Positions 1-9,706 of a stretch of DNA of 35,827 nucleotides are shown here, piece after piece. The stretch covers positions 23,969,820-24,005,646 of the forward strand of contig NC_068995.1 of the NCBI RefSeq assembly GCF_001194135.2, read 5' to 3'. Position 1 is the first letter of the stretch; each line of letters opens with the position of its first letter. Source of the DNA: Octopus bimaculoides. Its lineage: Eukaryota. The position numbers and the translations under genes were made by a program. The notes beneath the pieces are model-generated. The model was not told the DNA's origin, made no database searches, and saw only the letters and a list, made by a program, of their open reading frames with translations.

Positions 1-57
<57 letters not shown>
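1..57. repeat. (TAA)n microsatellite, probably the 3' tail of the adjacent minus-strand SINE
   Basis: Perfect taa repeats from the window start, directly abutting the SINE 3' end. Confidence 0.95.
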
Positions 58-58
<1 letters not shown>

Positions 59-257
59 CCTTTCTGCTAAAGGCACAAGACCTGAAATATGGGGGAGGGG
101 ACCAGTCAGTTACATCTACTCTAGTGCTTAATTTATGCACCCCAAAAGGATGAAAGGCAAATCGACCTCGGCAGCATTTGAACTCAGAACATGAAGACAG
201 ACAAAATACCCAAGTATTTCGCCTGGCTTGCTAATGATTCTGTCCCCTCACCGCCTA
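58..257 (-). mobile_element. tRNA-derived SINE, family A (octopus-type)
   Basis: Similar to copies at 26712, 26943, 27885 and 28234. 'gcagcatttgaactcagaac' is the reverse complement of a B-box 'gttctgagttcaaat'. Confidence 0.85.
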
Positions 258-259
258 AA

Positions 260-365
260 AGAAGACGAAGAAGAAGAAGAAGAAGAAGAAGAAGAAGAAG
301 AAGAAGAAGAAGAAGAAGAAGAAGAAGAAGAAGAAGAAGAAGAAGAAGAAGAAGAAGAAGAAGAA
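260..365. repeat. (GAA)n microsatellite
   Basis: Near-perfect gaa run; source of the poly-R/E/L ORFs. Confidence 0.95.
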
Positions 366-762
366 TATGTGTCAAACAAGGTACAAGACAACGACCAGGC
401 CACTGTCATCTAGGACATGCCTGTTCAAACCGACAAAGAAATAAAAGCTTTATAAACTCCCAGACATGGTAATGATTGGAAAAAGAAAAACACTTGCTCA
501 CTGATAGACATTGCAGTCCCATCTCATCAAAATGTTGTCCAAAATGATGTGGAGAAACTGTCAAAGTAGAACGACCTTGAAATTGAAACATTCAAGACGT
601 GGGCCGTGTAGGTGAAAACAATTTCAGTAATAATTGGAGCATTGTGCATGATAAAAACATGTGTATAAAAACGCTGAAGTTATACCTGGATCTTCAACAC
701 TACACACTATCCAAAAAATAGCTCTGCTAGGAACAGCCCATATCTTACGCAAGACACTATGA
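366..762 (+). pseudogene. R4/Dong-like non-LTR retrotransposon, restriction-like endonuclease (RLE) C-terminus, decayed
   Basis: With stops and frameshifts it reads ..VI*DMPVQTDKEIKA..PDMV..IDIAVPS..EKLSK*NDLEIE..VIIGAL..IQKIALLGTAHILRKTL* (stop 760-762). This matches the PD..D RLE tail of R4/Dong-type LINEs. Confidence 0.8.
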
Positions 763-1198
763 ATTCAATAATACATCCCTAACAAAACACTCCACAAACA
801 CAAGAGACACTCTATACAGGAAATATCCAATGAAATAAGTTACCAAAAGAAAGCCGGATACCCAACGCATTACATGCGCAACACACAATACAAACACTAA
901 TACAGCAAAAGACTGCATCACACCTCAAAACAAAAAAGAAGAAACTGACTCAAGACAATACCGAGAAGAGTTTGCACAATTCCAACAACAAACAAGAACA
1001 CACATTGCTACACAAACTCCAGAAAAACGGAGGTGTAGCAGGTGATACAGAAGCAATTCATCTGAAACTACCAAGCGTTGAACAACAACAACAATAATAT
1101 TCTTCGTAGGATTCTTGAAGCATTACCAATAAACAAATGTCACCTTAGTCTGCTGGCGGTGGACAGCTGACACTTTCCAGCAAGCTGACAGTTTTCAC

Positions 1199-1199
<1 letters not shown>

Positions 1200-1266
<67 letters not shown>

Positions 1267-1420
1267 AAGAAGAAGAAGAAGAAGAAGAAGAAGAAGAAGA
1301 AGAAGAAGAAGAACAACAACAACAACAACAACAACAGCAACAACAACAACAACAGCAACAACAACAACAACAACAACAACAATAATAACAACAACAACAA
1401 CAATAAGAATAAGAAGAATA

Positions 1421-1451
<31 letters not shown>

Positions 1452-1452
1452 T
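1200..1452. repeat. Compound (AAT)n(AAG)n(AAC)n(AAT)n microsatellite
   Basis: Direct reading. Confidence 0.95.
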
Positions 1453-1703
1453 ACCAGGAGAAACTTGTCACAAGGAAATCCAAAAGATTGTACTGACAAG
1501 TACTGCACACATCCTTAGAAAAACCCCATCAATTTAAATGTTTGTCTTGTATCATATGGAGGTAATTCTCTACTATCCTCTCCACTTGCCCTCGCAAAGC
1601 TTTCAGTTATATTTCAACAGTTTTTAACCTTCACTTGCCCTAGGGTGCTGGGTGTGTCCCGCAAGTGATTGTATCAAACATGCAGATTAAAAGTAAAGAA
1701 TAG
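1452..1703 (+). mobile_element. 5'-truncated R4/Dong-like LINE 3' end with 3' UTR
   Basis: Reads IPGETCHKEIQKIVLTSTAHILRKTPSI*, paralleling the C-terminus at 700-762. About 170 nt of UTR follow, ending in a microsatellite tail. Confidence 0.7.
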
Positions 1704-1780
<77 letters not shown>

Positions 1781-1785
1781 CAAAC

Positions 1786-1833
<48 letters not shown>
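1704..1833. repeat. (GAT)n then (AAT)n microsatellite
   Basis: Direct reading. Confidence 0.95.
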
Positions 1834-1834
<1 letters not shown>

Positions 1835-1844
1835 GTCTGTAATA

Positions 1845-1950
1845 ATGAAAGACATCGTTGACCTCGATAGGATTTGAACACGCATAGCGTAAAGTGCCGC
1901 ATGAAATACGTCGAGTCATCTGGCTGTAATCTCTAACGAATCTCTGAGAC
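1845..1950 (-). mobile_element. Degenerate SINE family A head
   Basis: 'aaagacatcgttgacctcgataggatttgaacacgcatagcgtaaag' resembles the family A 'aaaggcaa.gtcgacctc...atttgaactcagaacgtaaag'. Confidence 0.55.
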
Positions 1951-2019
1951 AATTAAGACCAGCGCCATTCATCTATAAGAAAAGAGGAATTTTCCACAAG
2001 GAAATTATTATCCTACCTA

Positions 2020-2540
2020 TCCTTTGGCTTCGCAACTAAGCATTCCATCAACAAGCCAAATGAATGAAATGTCGATGTGGTGCAGAGGCTGTGAACAAAT
2101 TATAAACCCTCTCCTCTAAGTAGAGACTTGATGATATTCAGAAGGTATATAACCATGCTGGAAAATCTGAAACAATTTCCGCATAAAAATAGTCGACATT
2201 TCTATAAGCGCAAGATTACACAAAAAAACAAACTAGTTCAAACAGAGGCAAATAATCTTGAACCGAAACTATTAAATTGAACATAGACACTAAAATGTCA
2301 GAATGAAACCAGAACCATCGAAGCAAATACTTAGCAGCAGACAAAATCGGTAAAATACAACAGGCACAAATGAATGAGAAAATTAGAAAAGACTAGTGTA
2401 GAAGTACCCGGGTAATATTTGAAACTGAACACGGTACAAGAATTTAGAGAGGAGGTATAAATATGCTTGGTTCACAAACAGCAGCATACAAACTGAAATG
2501 AAATGAAAATCCTAAAAAGAAACTCAAAACAACTTATAAC
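2020..2540 (+). pseudogene. Possible heavily decayed R4/Dong-like CCHC/RLE region
   Basis: Weak colinear peptide remnants: CRCGAEAV, YNHAGK, TRTIEAN, SVEVPG. A-rich LINE-like strand bias. Confidence 0.35.
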
Positions 2541-2724
2541 GTGCTGACATCACCATTTTAATGTTTATATACATAGAATATACCTCGTGTGCACGCAGGG
2601 TGGGGTGCAGCTTAAATAGAAAACTGTTAAGAAATAACGACAGTCGTGCTACAAAAATATTTCATATCAAGCAAATGAAAGCTAATAAGCAAACTTTGGA
2701 AACACCTAATACATACTTCGATCG

Positions 2725-2725
<1 letters not shown>

Positions 2726-2769
<44 letters not shown>

Positions 2770-2830
2770 TGTGTGTGTGTGTGTGTTTATGTGTGTGCGT
2801 ACGTATGTATGTATATATATATATATATAT
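2726..2830. repeat. (GT)n/(AT)n microsatellite
   Basis: Direct reading. Confidence 0.95.
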
Positions 2831-3359
2831 AAGCTACAAAGCTGAAAGTAATTAGACTGCAATAACAAATATATAAAGGAACAAACAAGTACTAGGGAAA
2901 AATTTTAAGGAAGTAACATGAAGTTAAGTAATATATTGAAGAAAATGGAGAAAATAATCAATCCATAGCCGTTAGGTTCAATTTCAGGAGTTCAAGCAAA
3001 TACTGTAAGAGGTTTAGTGCTAACCAGTTCAATGCGACCAAAATCTTCTGTTCGACAAGAAATGAGATTGAAGCAGTGTCTTGTTCTATAGCGTCTATAA
3101 AATTTTTGACATTGTCTTTGCATTACAAATTTGGGCACCTTTTTCAACTTGCATGATTGACTAAAATTTAATTATAATTGACATTTGAATACTAAAATTT
3201 TGCAGATTAGAATAGGAAGATCCCATGGAAACTATCACATGAAGATGAGTACTGTGCACTCCACAACATTGGCATTTCTTGATGAAGATTAATATCTTGG
3301 TGCTCTTGTGCAAATCCGTGTTGGTTTCGCTCAGAAATACCCATATATATATATATATA

Positions 3360-3708
3360 GAGTTATTAATATTTCTAAGTCTCTCTAAAGGAGACTACGG
3401 CAGCGGTACTGGAAATTAATAGTTATCGCCAAGCCAACATGGCAGTCCCAAAATTAGGACGAAAGCTGCCGTGAATTAGCTCCAAGAAGCCATCGCCTCT
3501 AGCTAGCTATGTGACACACGAAACCTGTGTCCTTTATAACCTTCGAACAGGGGAGGTCAGCAGTGTCCCCCTGCTGGTTTGGCATCTGCAGACTAGACTA
3601 GTTTCAGGGTGTTGCCCCTTGTCAATGCAGAGTAGCCAAGCCTTAGCCAGGCGGCGCTGCTGACTATCTGCTCGAAGGTTATTTATCTAATTTCAGTGGA
3701 ATCTATCC
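3360..3708 (+). mobile_element. Probable RTE-clade LINE 5' UTR (structured)
   Basis: GC-richer island with several helices, cut by a gap. The far side of the gap is an RTE 3' end. Confidence 0.5.
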
Positions 3709-4157
3709 NNNNNNNNNNNNNNNNNNNNNNNNNNNNNNNNNNNNNNNNNNNNNNNNNNNNNNNNNNNNNNNNNNNNNNNNNNNNNNNNNNNNNNNNNNNN
3801 NNNNNNNNNNNNNNNNNNNNNNNNNNNNNNNNNNNNNNNNNNNNNNNNNNNNNNNNNNNNNNNNNNNNNNNNNNNNNNNNNNNNNNNNNNNNNNNNNNNN
3901 NNNNNNNNNNNNNNNNNNNNNNNNNNNNNNNNNNNNNNNNNNNNNNNNNNNNNNNNNNNNNNNNNNNNNNNNNNNNNNNNNNNNNNNNNNNNNNNNNNNN
4001 NNNNNNNNNNNNNNNNNNNNNNNNNNNNNNNNNNNNNNNNNNNNNNNNNNNNNNNNNNNNNNNNNNNNNNNNNNNNNNNNNNNNNNNNNNNNNNNNNNNN
4101 NNNNNNNNNNNNNNNNNNNNNNNNNNNNNNNNNNNNNNNNNNNNNNNNNNNNNNNNN
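3709..4157. other. Assembly gap (other gaps: 5239-5248, 6298-6307, 11091-11888, 17104-17113, 18050-18755, 19810-20469, 20919-21092, 22739-23458, 30619-30628)
   Basis: N runs, mostly bordered by microsatellites. Confidence 0.99.
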
Positions 4158-4369
4158 ATCCAGCATGAAGAACTTAAGCGAGCTGCGCGAAAGTGCACGG
4201 CTCGTGTAGTGAATGGGGAAAGCTTAATCTGCAATGTTTGCAGTCGTGTATGCTTGTCAAGAGCAGGGATCATTAGCCACCAACGGAGCCGCAAATGCAA
4301 AATATAAGTTAGTCCTAGAGCGCACAATGTTCCTGAAGGTCGGCAATGGTCACGAGTGGACGGCCATCA
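4158..4369 (+). mobile_element. RTE/BovB-like LINE 3' end (C-terminal zinc-finger-like motif plus short 3' UTR)
   Basis: Reads IQHEELKRAARK..LICNVCSRVCLSRAGIISHQRSRKCKI* (stop 4305-4307). CxxCxRxCxSRxGxxSHxR is the typical RTE ORF end; a (GTAT)n tail follows. Confidence 0.8.
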
Positions 4370-4449
4370 TGTATGTATGTATGTATGTTTGTATGTATGT
4401 ATGTATGTTTGTATGTATGTATGTATGTTTGTATGTATGTATGTATGTA
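4370..4449. repeat. (GTAT)n microsatellite / LINE tail
   Basis: Direct reading. Confidence 0.9.
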
Positions 4450-5150
4450 TCTGCAAGCAGCATTTATTTAATGAAAACCTTTTATTGTACCAAATCCGAG
4501 ATCCAGTTTCGATTCTCAGTTAGATTTTCTTCACATCCCGTGTGAATATGCAGGAACATCAGATATAAGATTCTCTGAATGTTTTGATTCGATACATGCC
4601 TTTTTCCTACACTTCATATCCATAATTTCTGGAACTGAAAGACCAAATAGCTTTTTTGCTTGTTCGTCTTTCTCTTTATACCATTTTTTAAGACTGTTGT
4701 TATGCTGAAAGTAGTGGTAAGAAGAGAAAGGGTTATAAAAAGAAAAGTATTAAAGGGATAAATGGGTAGGTGTGAAATAACCAGAGTGGAAGAGAGAGAG
4801 AGAGAGATAGAGAGAGAGAAGGGGAGTCATCACCAATCAGCTAGCTGACAGGCAGACAAGCAAACAGGCAAGCAGACAGCATATGATAACGCAAGAGATT
4901 AATAAGAGAGAATTATCAAAATGAATTATTGAATCTACAATAGAGCAGGATAATTAGAGAAGTTCCACGATCGAAGAATAAAGGTAAAGAGATTGAGGGG
5001 TTGTTAAGAATAACGACAGACATAGGAAAAAGAAACAGAATTGGATATGAATTTGAAGTGTGAGAGTATGATATTGAAAACTAAAGTGTAATGATGGAGG
5101 CAGATTTTGATTGAGAGAAAAAAGGAAATAATTATGTATAGATAGGCGGC

Positions 5151-5338
5151 AGACAGACAGAAGGACAGAATGTCAGACAGACAGAAGGACAGAATGTCAG
5201 ACAGACAGAAGGACAGAATGTCAGACAGACAGAAGGACNNNNNNNNNNAATGTCAGACAGACAGAAGGACAGAATGTCAGACAGACAGAAGGACAGAATG
5301 TCAGACAGACAGAAGGACAGAATGTCAGACAGACAGAC
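5151..5338. repeat. 24-bp minisatellite (cagacagacagaaggacagaatgt)n
   Basis: About 7 near-identical units interrupted by a 10-N gap; translates as repeated MSDRQKDR. Confidence 0.9.
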
Positions 5339-6475
5339 AAAGAAAAGCAGTATGGTTACAGAATCTATTCCACGACACAATTGTCAGCTGAGGTATCAGC
5401 AGCCAAACTTCTGACATCAGTAGTCAAACTGATCGTAGACTCGTGTTCACATACATGTTCGTGCGTAACGATCAGTCCGATTTAACATACTTACAGTTCG
5501 AAGTTTGGTGAAGTATGTATGGTCCTGTGAGTAGTAATGTGTTTGTATCTGTATGTACTTGTATGTATACAGCGGTGTATGTGTCTTTGAATGGTTAGTT
5601 CGAAATGTGTTATGGAGTGTGCGCATTTCTAGCTCTAGAGGTATATGTATCACGTGTAGTGGAGTGTCTGTCTTGTGTGTAGTGATGTATCTAAATTGTG
5701 TATATTTATTTGTGTCTGTTTAATGACATGTATGATGCCATTGTCTCTACCAACTCAGGTGGGCCGCCTGCTAAGATGACCTCAGGATATACCCGTTACA
5801 CACATTATTGTTTTGCTGCATTAACCTATTTTAGCACGGCTCTGCTATCTTTCATACAAGAATTAATAAATTATGTGAACGAAAGAGAATAATGAAGAAA
5901 AGAGATTAAAAGCATAAAAGCAAAGTAGTGAAGAATCACACAACTGGCTATTGCAAGTCACTGCGAAGTTCTCGGTCAGAGAAATACTGTTCGATTATGA
6001 ATTGCCGAAAAGAAGAGCATTAGTCACAAAATGAATCAACGTCTGGTGTTGATTGCAAAAAAGGGGGGGGGGGGTCACAAAGGTCAACATAAAAAAAACG
6101 TAAGTAAATACAAGCAAAACAAGGAAAAATAATAAAAATAAATGAAACATGGAACATGGCTTAAAAGCGACTTTCAAAATTATTGTAAGGAGGACTTATG
6201 GCAGGTTTCATCCCAATGCGCAAACTTTGGGTTATGGTCAGTTGTTGTTGTTGTAACCTCATGCAGACCAAAACTTCATGACTAAAGTTTTAGTAGANNN
6301 NNNNNNNAAGCGACTTTCAAAATTATTGTAAGGAGGACTTATGGCAGGTTTCATCCCAATGCGCAAACTTTGGGTTATGGTCAGTTGTTGTTGTTGTAAC
6401 CTCATGCAGACCAAAACTTCATGACTAAAGTTTTAGTAGATGGAAAGTAATTAGATGCCTTTCGTCTATATGTGC

Positions 6476-6535
6476 CATGTGTGTGTGTGTGTGTGTATGT
6501 GTGCGTGTGTGTGTGTGTGTGCGTGTGTGTATATA

Positions 6536-6583
<48 letters not shown>

Positions 6584-6702
6584 CATGCATGCATACATGC
6601 ATACATGTATATATGTATGGATGGACGGATGGATAGATGGATGGATGGATGCATGCATGCATGTATGTATATATGTATGTGTGTATGTTTGTATTTATGT
6701 AT
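6476..6702. repeat. Mixed (GT)n/(GTAT)n/(GGAT)n microsatellite
   Basis: Direct reading. Confidence 0.9.
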
Positions 6703-6925
6703 GTCACTTTGCCTTTGCTTTGTCGCCCACCACGGTTTGAACAACTGGTGTTGATTAATTTAAGTCTCCGTCACATGGCGCTTCGGAATTAGAGAACGAC
6801 AGAATAAGTACCAGGCTTACACACAAGTACTATGATTGATTTGTGTAACTAAACTCTTAAAGGTGGGACCCCAGCATGACCACAGTCGACCGGGTGAAAC
6901 AAATAAAATAAAAGAAGTAAAAGAA
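6703..6925 (+). mobile_element. SINE family C, 3' half
   Basis: 'cccaccacggtttgaacaactggtgttg...agaataagtaccaggcttac...ccccagcatgaccacagtc...gaaacaaataaaataaaaga' matches the 3' half of the copy at 16449-16875. Confidence 0.75.
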
Positions 6926-7239
6926 TCTTGGCCTAGGTATGCCTTATGAAACGATCGATCTGCAGCGGTCAAGTTTCTCACTTTTTTGTAGAGCTGGGCA
7001 AGATTTTAATAAAAGACCGGCAGTTACCATGAGTGCAAGTCTTTCCATTCCACTCTACTTATCTTGTGCAAGGAAAATTGAAGAAGTGACACAGCTTCGT
7101 ACAAGTGTCCTAGGGAGTGGTGCCGTGAAAATCCTGTCAGTATACTGTCCCTGACTGATACTTTATCGTCTCTGAAAGAATTACGGACAAAGGATATGAT
7201 CTCAGAGTACAGAAAGACAGAATATATACCACATATTAT

Positions 7240-9250
7240 TCAATCCAATATTCTTACGACACAACAATATCCCCGCCCTAATCACTTTACATGGTAAATA
7301 GACGATATCAACGCAGACATATACGTAACCCTGTCGATTACAATACTAGCAGCAATCAATGTTCAGACTTTCCTCTTATCACTTATGCATCATTATTACT
7401 ATACGGTTACACTTCAAGGAATAAAATAACTTCTCTACAAACTTCTAAAGAACATAGTCCATGTTGTTTCAGTAAACGAGAGATTCACCGTTTGTATATA
7501 CTAAAATACTAATTTACTCACTATATACTAATATACTAATAAACTCAGTATACTAATGTACTCACTGCAGTACATATTATCAGCAAAATGACAGTAGATG
7601 CACCCAAAAAATATAATTCAGAATGCTACATAAAAATACAACCTCAGATGCACAACCAGAATACATCAACAACATATATAACAGAAATAAAAGGAAATAG
7701 TCTTAAAATTAAAAAAGAAATAATAAAGGCAATAATCCAAAGTAGCAAGAAAATCAAAACAGATTGAAAATATTTATATCCATCATAATCCGCAAATACG
7801 TAGGCAAATTTATTAGCATTGCCTTCTGCAAGTGCGACGGCCACATCATACCTCTTATTAGAATGACTACCTCACTTAACATGTTTATATTTCAACAAGA
7901 AATGTCCCTATGACCTCATCTATATTTTTCACAAATTGGCCCCCCAAATATACAAGGTAAACGGGAATGCAAAACGAAGAATACGCTCGTTCTACCTATA
8001 CGAGGAACTGGGTCTTTTCTATCTATAACAGAACTGAAAGGGTTTAGGAAAATCTCGCCAGCTACCCTAGAGAATCTTACAAGCGCTACAATATACCTAT
8101 AATTCTAAAGCCCAACAAAAACCCGGATCAGGCATCATTTCATTGACCTATCTCCTTTCTGATTACGCCCTCAGCATATTGAAGAAAGTCCCTCTTTAAC
8201 ATCATTACCACACTTTACATACACCTCTCTAAATTACATGTATCCCAACGCCTAACAAATCATAAGCAATTTGCGACTCAAGAACAGTAAATCATATACG
8301 TGCGTCATACTAACTCCTGTCTGCATGAATAAAACTTCTTGCTCCTTCTCCTGCTATCCAGTAATGTATGAATTACACAATACCTCTTTAAGAAACATCA
8401 TATGATGACCCACAACAAGTCTCTCGGGTCGTCTGATAACATCTCTGTACTTTGCCCTCCTGAAAGTAAATCTGATCTCTCACTGATTACTTTTAGTCTA
8501 TACTTCTAACACGACCAACCCACGCCTCCTTAAATACACATCTTGATGATGATATTATACTAACATTCAGCCAACATTTTCCAGAGGGGACTGCGTAACT
8601 ACGACCTTAAATTAATCAATTAGAAACTTGACTGCAAAAGAATTGCTGATTCCACAATCATTTTCTTGTTAATAGCAACACAAGAGAATATCAAATACAC
8701 CCAACCATAACACTTCGCAAGCATGAACATAAAACATATATTAGAAATTTCATACCATACATCCACTATGCATGCTGAGACATAATAAAGGAACTAAAGA
8801 GTGGTACACGCACCTTAAAGCATTTACATATACTTGGCCTTCAGAAATAACAGTGCTGTGCTAACGATACTTTAAGTCCATTATAAATTTATGCCTGTAA
8901 TGCCTAGGATCCGAATCCCTAGAACCCAAAGTAATCTATTATTTCAAGAAGTTCGAGATAGCTCATTCACGTCACATCCTCACAAATCGTATACCGATCA
9001 TATAGGTGTACAATTTTTAATTAACTACACACAAAAAATTATAATAAAAATGCTAAAGTTGAAAGACATCCTAGACATGTTATGAGCAGAGACTGATGCT
9101 GCACTTACTTCAGTCTTAATGATATATATAAAAAAGTCATCCCCAAACACCCAGATACCAACTCAAAAATGTAAATCCCTTAAAAAACATAAGCAGATTC
9201 TTAGCGTCCTAAGCCCTAAATACATTTGTATATGTTACGCCTAGATAGTC
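7240..9250 (+). pseudogene. Decayed APE-endonuclease/RT LINE (I/Jockey/R1 group-like)
   Basis: Colinear remnants: DDINADI (~GDFNA) and SDFPLI (~SDH) at about 7300-7385; IPIILKPNKNPDQASFH*PISFL at 8093-8160 (~K..K.P....YRPISLL); QF; PESKSDLSLITFSLY (~PQGS.LSP.LF..Y); LDDDIILT (~ADD). Confidence 0.65.
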
Positions 9251-9615
9251 GCTTTCACTGTGATCCATCACCATCAGAATCTCCAATGTTACAGAAATCA
9301 AAAGAGCAAGGGAGAGAATACAGCGGAACTCTATTCCTTATATTTCATCTCTCAGTATCAAGTTCAATTGTAATGTAGATGTATGCATGGTATATTTGGA
9401 ACATTGGATGTGCTGGTCCTCTCACTAACCCTGTTCATTCTGCTTGGTGACCCGGGCTTACATGCAAAAATAACAAGACCCTAGTAGATTAAATAAATGC
9501 TCGCTTAAAAACGACTAAAATTTGCTAATCACTTCATACAAATACACTAATAATTGTTTACTGGTACATATGTATACGGTCCACCTCTTAAGCAAAAGAT
9601 TGTGCATAACTTAAA

Positions 9616-9706
9616 ATGTGTGTGTGTGTGTGTATTTGTGTGTGTGTGTATTTGCGTGTGTGTGTATTTGTGTGTGTGTGTGTGTTTGTGTGTATGAGAG
9701 AGAGAG
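9616..9706. repeat. (GT)n/(GA)n microsatellite
   Basis: Direct reading. Confidence 0.9.

Noticed and set aside
3445-3478. GUCC(caaaatta)GGAC-GAAA resembling a hammerhead stem II
   Set aside because: No CUGANGA core upstream (catggca) and no stem I; the HDV-like reading fits somewhat better
5151-5338. CRISPR-like repeat array
   Set aside because: No unique spacers, eukaryotic context and no cas genes; it is a plain tandem repeat
6165-6440. Exact 133-bp tandem duplication (6165-6297 and 6308-6440)
   Set aside because: Identical copies on either side of a 10-N gap indicate an unmerged contig overlap
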